Origin: Pseudomonadota bacterium
GTDB taxonomy: Bacteria; Pseudomonadota; Alphaproteobacteria; Paracaedibacterales; CAITNM01
DNA length: 64,000 bases
Reading direction: 5' to 3'
Assembly (NCBI GenBank): GCA_018062345.1
Contig: JAGOSL010000002.1
Coordinates: 32,541 to 96,540 of the forward strand
Part shown: positions 27,029 through 37,742 of the stretch, piece by piece
How positions within the stretch are numbered: position 1 is the stretch's first letter
Layout: every line of letters starts with the position of its first letter
Program-made: the position numbers and the translations under genes
Notes under the pieces: model-generated
What the model was told of the DNA's origin: nothing
Database searches by the model: none
What the model saw: the letters and a program-made list of their open reading frames with translations, nothing else

Positions 27029-28807
27029 TTAATAAATTCTTTTTTGAGGTGGAATTGCCTCAACTTCATTGGTTAGGGTGTGTGTATGTACCGGGCGTTT
27101 ATCAAGCTTGATATTGTATTCTTCATTACACCAAGAAAGAGTATGAGCAAGCCACGATGTATCATCGCGGTTGGGGAAATCTTCTCTGGCATGACTACCA
27201 CGACTTTCAGTACGGTAAGCTGCTGAATGAATTGTGGTAATTGCTTGAAGCATTAAATTTTGTAATTCCAGAGCTTCTACTAAATCTGTGTTCCAAATTA
27301 ATGACTGATCATTAACCAGAAGATTATTTAGATTTTTGGCACATTGAGATAATTTTTCTTTACCTTCTTCTAGACTTTCTTGGGTTCTAAATACACCGCA
27401 ATGATTCTGCATGATTTGCTGCATTTCAGTTCGGATACTGCCAGTTAACATGTTCCCATTTGCGAAGCGAGTTTTGTTAAAGCTAGAGAGAATTTTATCT
27501 GTGATATAACTATCAAGTTTTTTATGCGGTGATCCTGCTTGAATAACTTCTTTTGCGCGTAATGCTGCAGCTCTTCCGAAAACGACTAAATCTAACAAAG
27601 AGTTTGTACCCAAGCGATTTGCGCCATGTACTGAGACGCATGCTGCTTCGCCTATGGCCATCAATCCTTGAACAATTGTTTCTTGTGAATCTTTTGTTAC
27701 TTCACCGTGGTAATTGGTAGGAATTCCGCCCATGTTATAATGCACAGTTGGTTGTACGGGGATAGGCTCTTTGCTGGCATCAATGCCTGCAAATACGCGT
27801 GCTGTTTCATGCATACCGGGTAGGCGTTCGGCTATAATTTGGGGATCCAAATGCTCCATATGAAGCATGACAATATCTTTGTTTGGGCCGCAGCCACGAC
27901 CTTCTTTTATTTCAATTGCAATTGCTCTGCTTACCACATCACGTGATGCTAGATCTTTTGCGTTTGGAGCATATTTTAACATGAAGCGTTCATTAAGGCT
28001 GTTGGTTAAATATCCTCCCTCGCCGCGTACTGCTTCTGAAATCAAGCACCCTGCGCCGTAAATGCCGGTAGGATGAAATTGGATAAATTCCATATCGGCT
28101 AACGGTAAACCAGCTCTAAGTGCCATTGCATTGCCATCACCCGTGCAAGTATGAGCTCCGGTGCATGTAAAGAAAGTTCGTCCGTGTCCGCCTGTTGCCA
28201 GAACCACCATGTGCGCGTGAAAGCGATGAATGGTACCATCATCTAAACACCATGCAATTACGCCACGGCATACACCTTGATCATCCATTAGTAAATCGAG
28301 GGTGAAATATTCAATAAAAAACTCTGTATTGTGGCGCAAGCATTGTTGATAAAGTGTATGTAAAATTGCGTGGCCAGTTCTATCAGCTGCAGCGCAGGCA
28401 CGTTTTGCCATTGATTTTCCGTGATCAATTGTATGACCGCCAAACTGACGTTGGTAAATATTTCCATGCTCATCACGTGAAAATGGCACCCCCATGTGCT
28501 CAAGTTCAATGACCGCATCAATAGCATTTTTGCACATATATTCAATAGCATCTTGGTCGCCCAACCAATCAGAGCCTTTGACAGTATCGTAAAAGTGATA
28601 GCGCCAATCATCTCCGTCACTAGTATTGTTTAGGGCAGCTGATATGCCTCCTTGGGCAGCAACTGTGTGACTTCGTGTTGGAAAGACTTTAGTAATGCAT
28701 GCAGTTTTTAGGCCTGCCGTACTCATACCAAGGCTTGCTCGTAGTCCTGCTCCTCCGGCTCCTACTACGACAACATCAAAAAAATGATCAGTAATTGAAT
28801 AGGTCAT
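27029..28807 (-). CDS. sdhA: Succinate dehydrogenase flavoprotein subunit
   Basis: [20 protein letters not shown]-His motif, QFHPTG, HYNMGG, HGANRLG. Confidence 0.99.
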   Translation of the reverse strand: MTYSITDHFFDVVVVGAGGAGLRASLGMSTAGLKTACITKVFPTRSHTVAAQGGISAALNNTSDGDDWRYHFYDTVKGSDWLGDQDAIEYMCKNAIDAVIELEHMGVPFSRDEHGNIYQRQFGGHTIDHGKSMAKRACAAADRTGHAILHTLYQQCLRHNTEFFIEYFTLDLLMDDQGVCRGVIAWCLDDGTIHRFHAHMVVLATGGHGRTFFTCTGAHTCTGDGNAMALRAGLPLADMEFIQFHPTGIYGAGCLISEAVRGEGGYLTNSLNERFMLKYAPNAKDLASRDVVSRAIAIEIKEGRGCGPNKDIVMLHMEHLDPQIIAERLPGMHETARVFAGIDASKEPIPVQPTVHYNMGGIPTNYHGEVTKDSQETIVQGLMAIGEAACVSVHGANRLGTNSLLDLVVFGRAAALRAKEVIQAGSPHKKLDSYITDKILSSFNKTRFANGNMLTGSIRTEMQQIMQNHCGVFRTQESLEEGKEKLSQCAKNLNNLLVNDQSLIWNTDLVEALELQNLMLQAITTIHSAAYRTESRGSHAREDFPNRDDTSWLAHTLSWCNEEYNIKLDKRPVHTHTLTNEVEAIPPQKRIY

Positions 28808-29139
28808 TTAAGTGCCACGAGCCGCACAAGGGAAAATATTCCAAATACCCCTAAAATACTGAACATGGTTCCTGCTATAAAAATAATTGCAGCACGAATC
28901 TTTTGATCTGGAAAATAATCCATGCAAATGGTTTGAACCCCTAAATACCCGTGATAGAAGCCGCTGATTAAAAGAGTAAATAACAATACGGCTGAATACA
29001 CACTGCCAAAATGTTTTATAATTTCTTGGTATTCTGAATTTCTTATGTGAAATAGATTCCACAAAAACCAAGGTGCTAAGACCAATAATATGCAGGCTGT
29101 AATGCGTTGAAAAATGTAATGCCTTGTGAATGACTTCAT
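28804..29139 (-). CDS. sdhD: Succinate dehydrogenase membrane anchor
   Basis: [25 protein letters not shown]; start at MKSF overlaps the sdhC stop (ATGA). Confidence 0.88.
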   Translation of the reverse strand: MKSFTRHYIFQRITACILLVLAPWFLWNLFHIRNSEYQEIIKHFGSVYSAVLLFTLLISGFYHGYLGVQTICMDYFPDQKIRAAIIFIAGTMFSILGVFGIFSLVRLVALK

Positions 29140-29501
29140 ACTAAAAATACAGTCATGAAGATTAATGCAAAAACCAAGGTGCAAACGATCCATCCGCTAT
29201 TATAAACAGTACGCAATGCAAACCCTTTGCCAAGTGACCACATTAGATACCGAATTCCATTAAGGGAATGGTAATACACGCACGCTAAGGTCAAATAAAG
29301 GAGTATTTTTATCGGTGGTTGATTTAGCCACGCACAAAAATTATGGAATGCGATTTCTCCTTCACTTAAAGCATAGAGCCAAGCGCAAGTTATAATTAGA
29401 GCTATTACAAAACCTAAACCTGTAAATCTGTGCAGTATGGATAATATTGACGTCAATTGCGGTCTATAAATCTGCAAATGAGGAGAAAGCGGCTTTTGCA
29501 T
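29136..29501 (-). CDS. sdhC: Succinate dehydrogenase cytochrome b556 subunit
   Basis: PLSPHLQIYRPQLTSILSILHRFTG, YHSLNGIR. Confidence 0.96.
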   Translation of the reverse strand: MQKPLSPHLQIYRPQLTSILSILHRFTGLGFVIALIITCAWLYALSEGEIAFHNFCAWLNQPPIKILLYLTLACVYYHSLNGIRYLMWSLGKGFALRTVYNSGWIVCTLVFALIFMTVFLV

Positions 29502-29542
29502 GACATAAAAAATTTATTCTTGTTATTTAAGTCTGGGAAAAA

Positions 29543-30466
29543 CTAGGGGCTTTTGTCAATTGGCTTTAGGTATATAGATAAAATTATTGATGTTGAAAAA
29601 ATAACTGCCAAAATTGAAAAAGTGATTCCGGGATGTAGGTGAATATTAAAAATAAGTTTAAATCCTACTATTACAAGTGCTAGCCCCAAGGCATATTTAA
29701 GATATTTTATTTTTTCAATAGCTCCGGCTAAAACAAAATACAAAGATCTTAAACCTAAAATGGCAAAGATATTTGAGGTATATATAATAAAAGGATTTGT
29801 TGTTATTGAAAAAATTGCAGGAAGAGAATCTACGGCAAAAATAATATCGGAAAATTCAATTAATACTAAGGCAAAAAGAAGTGGGGTTGCCTTGTATTTT
29901 TGTTGTTCGATTACAAAAAATTTATTTCCCTGTAATTTTGAGGAAAGAGGGATTATTTTTTGGCAGAGTTTCCAAATAGTGCTATCGGTTAAAGAATTTT
30001 TATTTTCTTTGATAAAGAGAATTTTCGTTCCTGTGAAAACAAGAAAAGCTCCAAATATATATAGCAACCAGTTGAATCTTTCTAAAAGTTCAACACCTAA
30101 AAATATCATCAATCCGCGCATAATAATGGCGCTTAGAATACCTATAAAGAGAACTCGGTGCTGATATTGGGTGGGTATATTAAGGCTTTTAAAGATAACT
30201 GCAAATATCATGACATTATCTAAGCTCAAGATTTTTTCAATTTTGTAACTTGTTATATATTCAAAAAAGGCCACTGATCCTAAGTGAAAATATATCCAGA
30301 TACTAAACGCTAGGGATACAAAAACCCAAAATAAAGTCCATGCGATAGCTTCTTTGTATTTGGGTTTATGCTGTTGGCGATTAAATACTCCTAGATCAAG
30401 CACCAAAAAGAAAAAAATTAAGACATTAAATGTAATCCAGTGATATTGAGAAATCATATTGAGCAT
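29543..30466 (-). CDS. TerC/Alx family metal homeostasis membrane protein
   Basis: EKILSLDNV, QHRVLFIGI, EFSDIIFAVDSLPA, TSNIFAILGLRSLYF. Confidence 0.93.
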   Translation of the reverse strand: MLNMISQYHWITFNVLIFFFLVLDLGVFNRQQHKPKYKEAIAWTLFWVFVSLAFSIWIYFHLGSVAFFEYITSYKIEKILSLDNVMIFAVIFKSLNIPTQYQHRVLFIGILSAIIMRGLMIFLGVELLERFNWLLYIFGAFLVFTGTKILFIKENKNSLTDSTIWKLCQKIIPLSSKLQGNKFFVIEQQKYKATPLLFALVLIEFSDIIFAVDSLPAIFSITTNPFIIYTSNIFAILGLRSLYFVLAGAIEKIKYLKYALGLALVIVGFKLIFNIHLHPGITFSILAVIFSTSIILSIYLKPIDKSP

Positions 30467-30564
30467 TAATTATTTTTTTAATTATAAGTAAATTTAAATA
30501 TTTCTTATTAAGAAAAAGTAAACAGTGATATTAGGTGATTTTTTTTTATTATTTAAAACTGCGA

Positions 30565-30580
30565 TGGCATAAAATTTGCA
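30565..30580 (+). promoter_or_regulatory. Sigma54 -24/-12 promoter upstream of the orphan lipoprotein
   Basis: TGGCAT-AAAAT-TTGCA with exact GG-N10-GC spacing, 13 nt before the ATG at 30594. Confidence 0.75.
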
Positions 30581-30593
30581 TGATGTGGTAACT

Positions 30594-30914
30594 ATGAAAA
30601 AAATTATAAAAATTATGCCCTTGCTTATATTGGTATGTTTGGTACTTAGTGGTTGTAATCCTTTTGGTGCATTTCGTCCAACTTCTGACGAAATACAAAG
30701 TTCTAGTTGGGCTCCAAACCCAGATGATCCATACAAAAAAAAGAGGCAAAAACAACAGTTATATTGCTATCGAACTTTAGGAGACCCTGTGTGCTATGAT
30801 CATGAATTGGGCGAAAGTGAGCGTTATAGGTTGATAGGTAAAACTGCTGATCCAGTTGAAAAGGATCCAACTGTACCAGCTATTTTAAGTTGGATACCGT
30901 TTCCGCTTCGCTAA
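30594..30914 (+). CDS. Hypothetical lipoprotein
   Basis: MKKIIKIMPLLILVCLVLSG-C lipobox; Cys pair in YCYRTLGDPVCY. Confidence 0.8.
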   Translation: MKKIIKIMPLLILVCLVLSGCNPFGAFRPTSDEIQSSSWAPNPDDPYKKKRQKQQLYCYRTLGDPVCYDHELGESERYRLIGKTADPVEKDPTVPAILSWIPFPLR

Positions 30915-30917
30915 ATT

Positions 30918-31355
30918 TTAGAATGGAATATCGTCATTCAGCTCATCAAAATGACTGGGTAGGGCTGCTGAATGATCAGCGTCTATGGAATGGTCTACGC
31001 TATTTTTACTATCAAGAAGTGTTAACTCACCGCGGAAGCGTGAAAGCACAACTTCAGTGCTGTAGCGTTCAACATTATTGTTGTCTGTCCATTTGCGTGT
31101 TTGAAGACTGCCTTCTATGTATACTTTTGAACCCTTTCGTAGGTACTTTTCTGCTACCTCACCCAGGCGATCGTTAAATAGAACAACTCTGTGCCATTCT
31201 GTGCGATCTTTTCGTTCTCCGGATTGCTTGTCTTTCCAAGTTTCGCTGGTTGCGACCGAGAAAGATACGATTTTTGATCCATCTTGCGCATTGCGAACTT
31301 CTGGGTCTTTTCCTAAATTGCCGATTAAAATAACTTTATTTACTGAGCCTGCCAT
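30918..31355 (-). CDS. ssb: Single-stranded DNA-binding protein
   Basis: [33 protein letters not shown]-terminal DDIPF. Confidence 0.98.
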   Translation of the reverse strand: MAGSVNKVILIGNLGKDPEVRNAQDGSKIVSFSVATSETWKDKQSGERKDRTEWHRVVLFNDRLGEVAEKYLRKGSKVYIEGSLQTRKWTDNNNVERYSTEVVLSRFRGELTLLDSKNSVDHSIDADHSAALPSHFDELNDDIPF

Positions 31356-31425
31356 AATTGCCCTTTTGCTGTGAAAAATTTATAGTGACTTCAGTAGTTA
31401 ACAAAATTATATAGAAGTTGGCAAC

Positions 31426-31755
31426 ATGGAAGTAGCATTTATTATTACACCAAATGCGGCAACTCATATCAAAAAAATCCTTGAAACCGAGCCAGAAGGC
31501 AGTAGGTTTCGTGTTTCTGTGCAAGGCGGAGGGTGTTCTGGATTTCAATATAATTTTTTGATTGATACCCAATTGACGCAGGATGATAAAATTTTTACCC
31601 AAGATGGGATTGAAATCGTGGTGGATTTCATTTCATTAGGATTGCTTAATGGATCGGCCTTAGATTATGTGCAAGATTTGGCAGGGGAAAAATTTATTAT
31701 AAAGAACCCCAACGCTGCTTCAGCATGTGGCTGTGGCAATTCTTTTTCAATTTAG
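31426..31755 (+). CDS. erpA: A-type Fe-S carrier ErpA/IscA
   Basis: RVSVQGGGCSGFQY, NPNAASACGCGNSF. Confidence 0.93.
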   Translation: MEVAFIITPNAATHIKKILETEPEGSRFRVSVQGGGCSGFQYNFLIDTQLTQDDKIFTQDGIEIVVDFISLGLLNGSALDYVQDLAGEKFIIKNPNAASACGCGNSFSI

Positions 31756-31764
31756 GAGGTATAT

Positions 31765-32859
31765 ATGATCATTAAAACAGCATGTTTGATAGTTTTGGGT
31801 TTGCTGGCAGCAATTAACCAAGTTGAGGCAACAGAAGAAGAAAGGAAAGAGGCTTGTGTTGGTTGGAGGCCTCGTTCTTTAGATCTAAATTTACCCGATA
31901 TATTGCAAGGTTTGACATTAGAAGTACCTGTAGTTCGTTGTAGTGTGAATGATTATGTCGAAGAGCGAGTCGGTAAACAGAGTAAGCTTGTTATTGGGGC
32001 TGGGCATATTTGGCAATTAAGTGAGCTTCATCCAGATTATCAACCTGATGGAACGAATGGGTTAACGGAAAGTCTTCAAGGGGGCTATGATTTTCATAAG
32101 CATGAGGGTTGGTATACTTTTAGTGCTGAGACAGATCATGCATTTGGTTCGGATGTGGTTGGTAATATTCGTACGCCTTCCCATCAGGAAGCGATTTTTG
32201 TTCCTAACACTTGGGATATAATTTGGGATGAGTCTTACCACCCAAGTGTTTTATCAGCTCCAAAACTTTTTGAGAATGCTTTTGCTTCTTTGAAACCCAG
32301 GGGCGTTTTTGTATTTACCGTACCTATTCATCATCGCAGTTCTGATTGGATTGTTACGGGGCACTGTGATGATAAAGCGATCGACGACCCTTGCTTTAGC
32401 GAAAAGATAGCTTATCAAAATTTGTCTGATCGTTTCCGTTCACTAGCGGAAGTTGAAGATTTTGTTAGAACTAATTTGCAGGAAATAGGTTTTTCAACGG
32501 TTAATTTGTACAAAAATTCTTTCGTTATAGCTGCTGATGAGATGCGAGAAAAATTACAAAGAGTAGACATACATGAAACTGAAGAGATAGATGAAAATTT
32601 TATCGTTTATAAGGATGCTTTGGTAGCGACTTCAACTAAACTTGGTCAAGATTGGTTTGATACTGAGAGTCTAGATGTAATAGCTGAATTCGAAAGAACT
32701 GGTAAAAATTTGGATGAAGTTAACAATAGTATTGTTAAAAGAGTGTTTTTAAATGCGGCACCTATTGCAACTAATTTAGAGACAAATCCTTTGCTTGCGA
32801 TAGATGAGATTTTTGCGCATACGATTGGGATGTATTATTTTGTTGCAAGGAAAGAGTGA
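31765..32859 (+). CDS. Secreted class I SAM-dependent methyltransferase-like protein
   Basis: Strong RBS AGGAGGT; signal peptide; LVIGAG (motif I-like), DVVGNI, WDII, SLKPRGVFVF, LQEIGF, terminal strand YYFVARK. Confidence 0.6.
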   Translation: MIIKTACLIVLGLLAAINQVEATEEERKEACVGWRPRSLDLNLPDILQGLTLEVPVVRCSVNDYVEERVGKQSKLVIGAGHIWQLSELHPDYQPDGTNGLTESLQGGYDFHKHEGWYTFSAETDHAFGSDVVGNIRTPSHQEAIFVPNTWDIIWDESYHPSVLSAPKLFENAFASLKPRGVFVFTVPIHHRSSDWIVTGHCDDKAIDDPCFSEKIAYQNLSDRFRSLAEVEDFVRTNLQEIGFSTVNLYKNSFVIAADEMREKLQRVDIHETEEIDENFIVYKDALVATSTKLGQDWFDTESLDVIAEFERTGKNLDEVNNSIVKRVFLNAAPIATNLETNPLLAIDEIFAHTIGMYYFVARKE

Positions 32860-32882
32860 GTTGCAATGTATGAGCTGAATTC

Positions 32883-33647
32883 ATGAAAATAGTGACTTGG
32901 AATGTAAATTCTGTTCGTGCCCGGTTGCCGCATGTGGAAGAATTTTTGAAACACCAGCAGCCAGATGTAATGTTGTTGCAAGAATTGAAATGCGAAACGC
33001 AGATGTTTCCGTATGTGCTTGAGGATTTTGGGTATAATTGTGCTGTCTTTGGGCAAAAAACATATAATGGTGTGGCAATTCTTTCTAAATATCCAATAGA
33101 AGATGTGCAAATGGGAATTCCTAATTTCGAGGATGTAACTTCTAGGTACATTGAAGCTTTCACGAATGGTGTGAGAGTAGCAAGTGTGTATGTGCCTAAT
33201 GGTCAAGAAGTTGGAGCAGCTGCCTATGACTATAAGTTGAATTTCTTGTCTGCCCTTTATGAGCATGCTCAGCACTTGCTGACATTTGATGAAAAAGTGG
33301 TGATAGGAGGTGATTTCAATGTGGCCCCTACTGATGCTGATGTGTATGACCCAGTTGCGTGGAAAGAGCAGGTATTATGTTCTACAAAAGAAAGAGAAGC
33401 CTTTCGAAAAATACTTTATGCTGGGTTTTCTGATGCTATTGCTCAAAATACAAAAGGCTCAATGCCTTACACATGGTGGAACTATAGACAAAATGGTTTT
33501 GTAAAGGGTAGTGGTCTTCGCATTGATCATTTGCTACTATCACCCCAGGCAGCGGATAGCCTGAACGGTACAGAAGTGCATAAATATATGCGTGCCAAAG
33601 AAAAAGCTTCAGATCACGCGCCAGTTGAAGTGACGTTAAAAATTTAG
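32883..33647 (+). CDS. xth: Exodeoxyribonuclease III
   Basis: TWNVNSV, LQELK, YNGVAILS, SVYVPNG, GDFNVAP, LRIDHLL, SDHAPV. Confidence 0.97.
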   Translation: MKIVTWNVNSVRARLPHVEEFLKHQQPDVMLLQELKCETQMFPYVLEDFGYNCAVFGQKTYNGVAILSKYPIEDVQMGIPNFEDVTSRYIEAFTNGVRVASVYVPNGQEVGAAAYDYKLNFLSALYEHAQHLLTFDEKVVIGGDFNVAPTDADVYDPVAWKEQVLCSTKEREAFRKILYAGFSDAIAQNTKGSMPYTWWNYRQNGFVKGSGLRIDHLLLSPQAADSLNGTEVHKYMRAKEKASDHAPVEVTLKI

Positions 33648-33655
33648 GGGGAAAT

Positions 33656-33940
33656 GTGACTATTTCATTGGATGATGTCGCAAAAATTTCAAAATTATCA
33701 AACATACGTTTAGATGATTCTGAAAAGCAGGTTATGCAAACTCAATTAGCGGGGATTTTTAGTTGGATTAACCAACTTGCAGAAATTGACGTAAACGAGG
33801 TTAATTTAAATGATTTTCCTGAGGCGCAAATGCATGAACGCAATGATGTTGTAACAGAGTTGAACCAAGTAAAAAAAGTTACACAAAATGCTCCGCAAGT
33901 AGCGCACGATATGTTTGCCGTACCAAAAGTTGTTGAATAA
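33656..33940 (+). CDS. gatC: Asp/Glu-tRNA amidotransferase subunit C
   Basis: DDVAKISKLSNI...NAP...FAVPKVVE; first gene of gatCAB. Confidence 0.92.
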   Translation: MTISLDDVAKISKLSNIRLDDSEKQVMQTQLAGIFSWINQLAEIDVNEVNLNDFPEAQMHERNDVVTELNQVKKVTQNAPQVAHDMFAVPKVVE

Positions 33941-33949
33941 GGGATTCCA

Positions 33950-35410
33950 ATGGATACAAAAATTACATTAACAAAAGCATTGCAAATGCTAAAACAAAAA
34001 GAGTGTTCTGCAACGGAATTAACACAAGCTTTTATCGATCAAGCAATTGCTAAGCGCAGTTTAAATTGTTTTATCACCGAAACTTTTGATAATGCTTTAG
34101 CTCAGGCAGCTGAAGTGGATAAACGAATAGCTAATAACGATGCGCTTCCTTTGGATGGTATACCCATTGCCAATAAAGATTTGTATTGCACTGAAGGTGT
34201 GCGTACTACCGCAGGTTCAAATATATTAAAGAATTTTATTCCCCCGTATGAATCAACTGTTTCTGGCAATTTAAAAAAAGCTGGGGCGATTAGCTTAGGC
34301 AAGCTGAATATGGATGAATTTGCGATGGGTTCAGCGAATCTAAATAGCGCTTATGGTCCTGTAATTAATCCATGGAGATCGACTTCTGAGCCTGAGAAAG
34401 ATTTAGTGCCGGGGGGATCTTCTGGTGGTTCTGCAGCATCTGTTGCAGCGGGACTTTGTTTAGGCGCAACTGCTTCTGATACGGGGGGGTCCATTCGTCA
34501 ACCAGCTGCTTTTTGTGGTGTTACTGGAATTAAACCTACCTATGGATTATGTTCTCGTTGGGGGATGGTTGCGTTTGCTTCATCTTTAGATCAGGCAGGT
34601 CCTATGGCGCATACAATTACTGATTGTGCTCATCTATTGCAGCACATGGCTGGTTACGATGATAAAGATGCTACTAGCATGAATGTTAAAGTTCCAGATT
34701 ATGTTGCGAATTTAAAACCTGAAGCAAAAGGATTGCGCATTGGCTTACCAAAAGAATACACGCAAGGGCTGAATGCTGAGGGTCAAGCTTTTCTTCAAAA
34801 AGGTATTGATTGGTTAAAGGCCGAAGGCGCTGAAATTGTTGATATTTCTTTAAAAATGACAGCAGCGGCATTGCCAACCTATTACATTATAGCGCCAGCT
34901 GAAGCTTCAGCAAATTTAGCACGATACGATGGTGTTCGTTATGGAGCAAGAGTGGAAGGGGCAACGCTTGATGAGATGTATCAAAATACGCGTCACGATG
35001 GTTTTGGAGCAGAAGTGAAACGCCGGATCATGATTGGTACTTACGTTTTGTCTGCAGGTTATTATGATGCTTATTACACGCGAGCTCAAAAGGTTAAAAA
35101 ATTAATATCTCAAGATTTTAATATGGCTTTTGAAAAGGTAGATGTTATTTTAACGCCCACTACTCCCGGTGCAGCTTTTGGATTACAGGATAATAACACC
35201 GATCCTGTGGCAATGTATTTGAACGATATTTATACTGTTACCGTTAATTTGGCTGAATTACCTGGTATTTCTATTCCGGCTGGTTTATCGGCGGAAGGGC
35301 TTCCTTTGGGATTGCAATTAATTGGACCAAAATTATCTGAGCAACGGTTGTTCAATGTTGGTTTGACATTAGAGCAAGCGTCTCAATTTCCTCATTTCCA
35401 AGTAATATAA
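33950..35410 (+). CDS. gatA: Asp/Glu-tRNA amidotransferase subunit A
   Basis: [41 protein letters not shown]. Confidence 0.98.
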   Translation: MDTKITLTKALQMLKQKECSATELTQAFIDQAIAKRSLNCFITETFDNALAQAAEVDKRIANNDALPLDGIPIANKDLYCTEGVRTTAGSNILKNFIPPYESTVSGNLKKAGAISLGKLNMDEFAMGSANLNSAYGPVINPWRSTSEPEKDLVPGGSSGGSAASVAAGLCLGATASDTGGSIRQPAAFCGVTGIKPTYGLCSRWGMVAFASSLDQAGPMAHTITDCAHLLQHMAGYDDKDATSMNVKVPDYVANLKPEAKGLRIGLPKEYTQGLNAEGQAFLQKGIDWLKAEGAEIVDISLKMTAAALPTYYIIAPAEASANLARYDGVRYGARVEGATLDEMYQNTRHDGFGAEVKRRIMIGTYVLSAGYYDAYYTRAQKVKKLISQDFNMAFEKVDVILTPTTPGAAFGLQDNNTDPVAMYLNDIYTVTVNLAELPGISIPAGLSAEGLPLGLQLIGPKLSEQRLFNVGLTLEQASQFPHFQVI

Positions 35411-35419
35411 GGGATATTT

Positions 35420-36886
35420 ATGAAAAATCTTGTTCAAGGACAAACAGGGCTTTGGGAGGTTGTTATTGGGCTTGAAGTTCATGCCCAAGTGACTTCAAAC
35501 GCAAAATTATTTTCTGGAGCGGCTACTGCTTTTGGAGCAGATCCAAATACCCAGGTTGCTTTTTTAGATGCTGGGATGCCGGGAATGTTGCCTGTTTTAA
35601 ATAAAGTTTGTGTTGATCAGGCTATAAAAACAGGTTTAGGCATGAATTCAAACATCAATAAAATATCAATTTTTGATAGAAAAAATTATTTTTATCCAGA
35701 TCTTCCTTTGGGCTATCAGATTTCTCAGCTTTATTATCCAATTGTTTCTGGCGGGTATATAGATATTGATTTAGAAAACAATGAGACCAAGCGGATAAAT
35801 GTGACGCGTTTGCACTTAGAGCAAGATGCGGGGAAAAGTACACATGATTTGCACCCGAATTTTTCATATATCGATTTCAATCGAGCAGGCGTTGCTTTAA
35901 TGGAAATTGTTTCCGAACCAGAGTTGCGTTCAGCTCAAGAAGCAATGGCCTATGTAAAAAAGCTGCGTTCAATTTTGCGTTATCTTGGAACCTGCGATGG
36001 CAATATGGAGCAGGGAAGTTTACGTGTTGATGCAAACGTTTCTTTGCACAAACTTGATACACCTTTTGGTACTCGCGCAGAAATTAAAAACGTAAATTCT
36101 GTACGATTTTTGGGCCAGGCAATTGAGTACGAAATTTCAAGACAACTAGATATTATTGAAAATGGCGGGGAAGTTGTACAAGAAACGCGTTTATTTGATC
36201 CAACGAAAGGCGTGACCAGATCAATGCGCAGCAAAGAAGATGCAATGGATTATAGGTATTTTCCTGATCCAGATTTGCGTCCACTAGTGCTTGAGGAATC
36301 ACGCATTGAAATTATTCGTCAATCTATGCCTGAGTTACCTGATGCAAAGCGAGACCGTTTTATAAAAGAATTTTCTCTAACCGAATATGATGCAAACGTT
36401 TTGGTTGCTGAAAAAGAAGTTGCTGATTTTTACGAACAGATAGTTGGTTATGCAAAAGGTCAGGGTGCCGCAAAGCTTATTGCAAACTGGTTGATTGTTG
36501 AGGTGTTTGGAGCGATGAATCGAGAAGGAAAATCGATTGATGATTTGCCTTTCATTCCAGAGTATTTAGCAAATTTAATTGATCTAATTATTGATGGCAC
36601 TATTTCTGGAAAAATTGCTAAGGATGTTTTTGCCAAAATGTGGGAAACAGGCAAGGCTCCAGCTGTATTAATTGATGAGCTTGGTCTAAAACAGGTTTCT
36701 GATACAAGCGTAATTGAAAAAACAGTGGATGAAGTTTTGGCAGCAAACGCTGCTCAGGTTGAGCAGTATAGAGCAGGAAAACAACAGGTTTTTGGATTTT
36801 TAGTTGGGCAAGTTATGAAGGCTTTGCAAGGAAAAGCAAATCCTGGTGTAGCAAATGAAATATTGAAGAAAAAATTGAGCCAATAG
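35420..36886 (+). CDS. gatB: Asp/Glu-tRNA amidotransferase subunit B
   Basis: [36 protein letters not shown]. Confidence 0.98.
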   Translation: MKNLVQGQTGLWEVVIGLEVHAQVTSNAKLFSGAATAFGADPNTQVAFLDAGMPGMLPVLNKVCVDQAIKTGLGMNSNINKISIFDRKNYFYPDLPLGYQISQLYYPIVSGGYIDIDLENNETKRINVTRLHLEQDAGKSTHDLHPNFSYIDFNRAGVALMEIVSEPELRSAQEAMAYVKKLRSILRYLGTCDGNMEQGSLRVDANVSLHKLDTPFGTRAEIKNVNSVRFLGQAIEYEISRQLDIIENGGEVVQETRLFDPTKGVTRSMRSKEDAMDYRYFPDPDLRPLVLEESRIEIIRQSMPELPDAKRDRFIKEFSLTEYDANVLVAEKEVADFYEQIVGYAKGQGAAKLIANWLIVEVFGAMNREGKSIDDLPFIPEYLANLIDLIIDGTISGKIAKDVFAKMWETGKAPAVLIDELGLKQVSDTSVIEKTVDEVLAANAAQVEQYRAGKQQVFGFLVGQVMKALQGKANPGVANEILKKKLSQ

Positions 36887-36901
36887 AGGAAGAAAAGCGT
36901 C

Positions 36902-36921
36902 ACCTATAAAATATGATAGGT
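36902..36921. promoter_or_regulatory. Lux-box-like 20-bp palindrome, copy 2
   Basis: ACCTATAAAATATGATAGGT, identical at 18 of 20 positions to the reverse complement of copy 1 (ACCTATAAAAATTGATAGGT). Confidence 0.65.
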
Positions 36922-37102
36922 TGTGCAGAGCCTTATTATTAAGTTATATGAATGAGAAATTTGGTCTTTGTTTTTAATTTTATAATTATTAATTTTCATC
37001 TTTTAAGTGCGAAATTTTGCTGAAAAAGCTGGATGGATGAGACTGAATGGTTCAGAGCTAGTTTGCAATTGTGCCGAATTGCACGGTTGAATGTAGCTTT
37101 GA

Positions 37103-37160
37103 TAAGAGTATCTCTAGTTTGAATATATCCTCTTAATTGAATCAGGTAGAGATACTCTTA
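37103..37160. repeat. Long inverted repeat/hairpin in the gatB-hpf intergenic region
   Basis: Perfect 14-bp arms TAAGAGTATCTCTA / TAGAGATACTCTTA around a 30-nt spacer; no adjacent U tract. Confidence 0.8.
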
Positions 37161-37167
37161 ATATGAA

Positions 37168-37725
37168 CTAACTGGTTTTCTTAGGATCTATCCAGCCAAT
37201 ATTGCCATCTTTTCTTCTGTATACAATGTTTAAGCCATCATGCGCAGCATTTTTAAACATGACAACTGGTGCATCTGATAAATCTAGCTTCATAACAGCT
37301 TCGCTTACGGTTAAATGATGAATATCATGAGGCATTTCTGCGATAATTACAGGAGTATCTGTGCCTGTATCTTCTGCTTCTTGGTTAACGACAAAATAAG
37401 ATGCTGAAACATTTTTTTCCTCACTTTGGCGTTTGCGATCACGTAGTCTAGAGCGATATTTTTTAACTTGTTTTTCTAACTTTGCTAGCGCATCACTGAC
37501 GCTTTTGTAAGCATCACTATCGCGACCCTTACAGTGTATAATGAGGTTTTTACTTACGTGCACCGCAAAATCAGTAATGAATTCATGGTGATCTTTGCTA
37601 AGATGAACATGAGATTCATGAATTTCACCGACATATTTATCTAAAAGTCCTTTTAATTCAGTTTGAATAAAAGTATTTAAGCTATCCCCAACATCTATTT
37701 GGTGGCCTGCGACATGAATTGACAT
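37168..37725 (-). CDS. hpf: Ribosome hibernation promoting factor (long HPF/RaiA)
   Basis: IHVAGHQIDVGDSL, LEKQVKKYRSRL, C-terminal LTVSEAVMKLDL...NIVYRRKDGNIGWIDP. Confidence 0.95.
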   Translation of the reverse strand: MSIHVAGHQIDVGDSLNTFIQTELKGLLDKYVGEIHESHVHLSKDHHEFITDFAVHVSKNLIIHCKGRDSDAYKSVSDALAKLEKQVKKYRSRLRDRKRQSEEKNVSASYFVVNQEAEDTGTDTPVIIAEMPHDIHHLTVSEAVMKLDLSDAPVVMFKNAAHDGLNIVYRRKDGNIGWIDPKKTS

Positions 37726-37742
37726 GTTTTCCTCCCTTTGTT

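Noticed and set aside
27937-27948. CATCACGTGATG palindrome in sdhA as a third parS
   Set aside because: It shares only the CACGTG core, and the flanks do not match parS.
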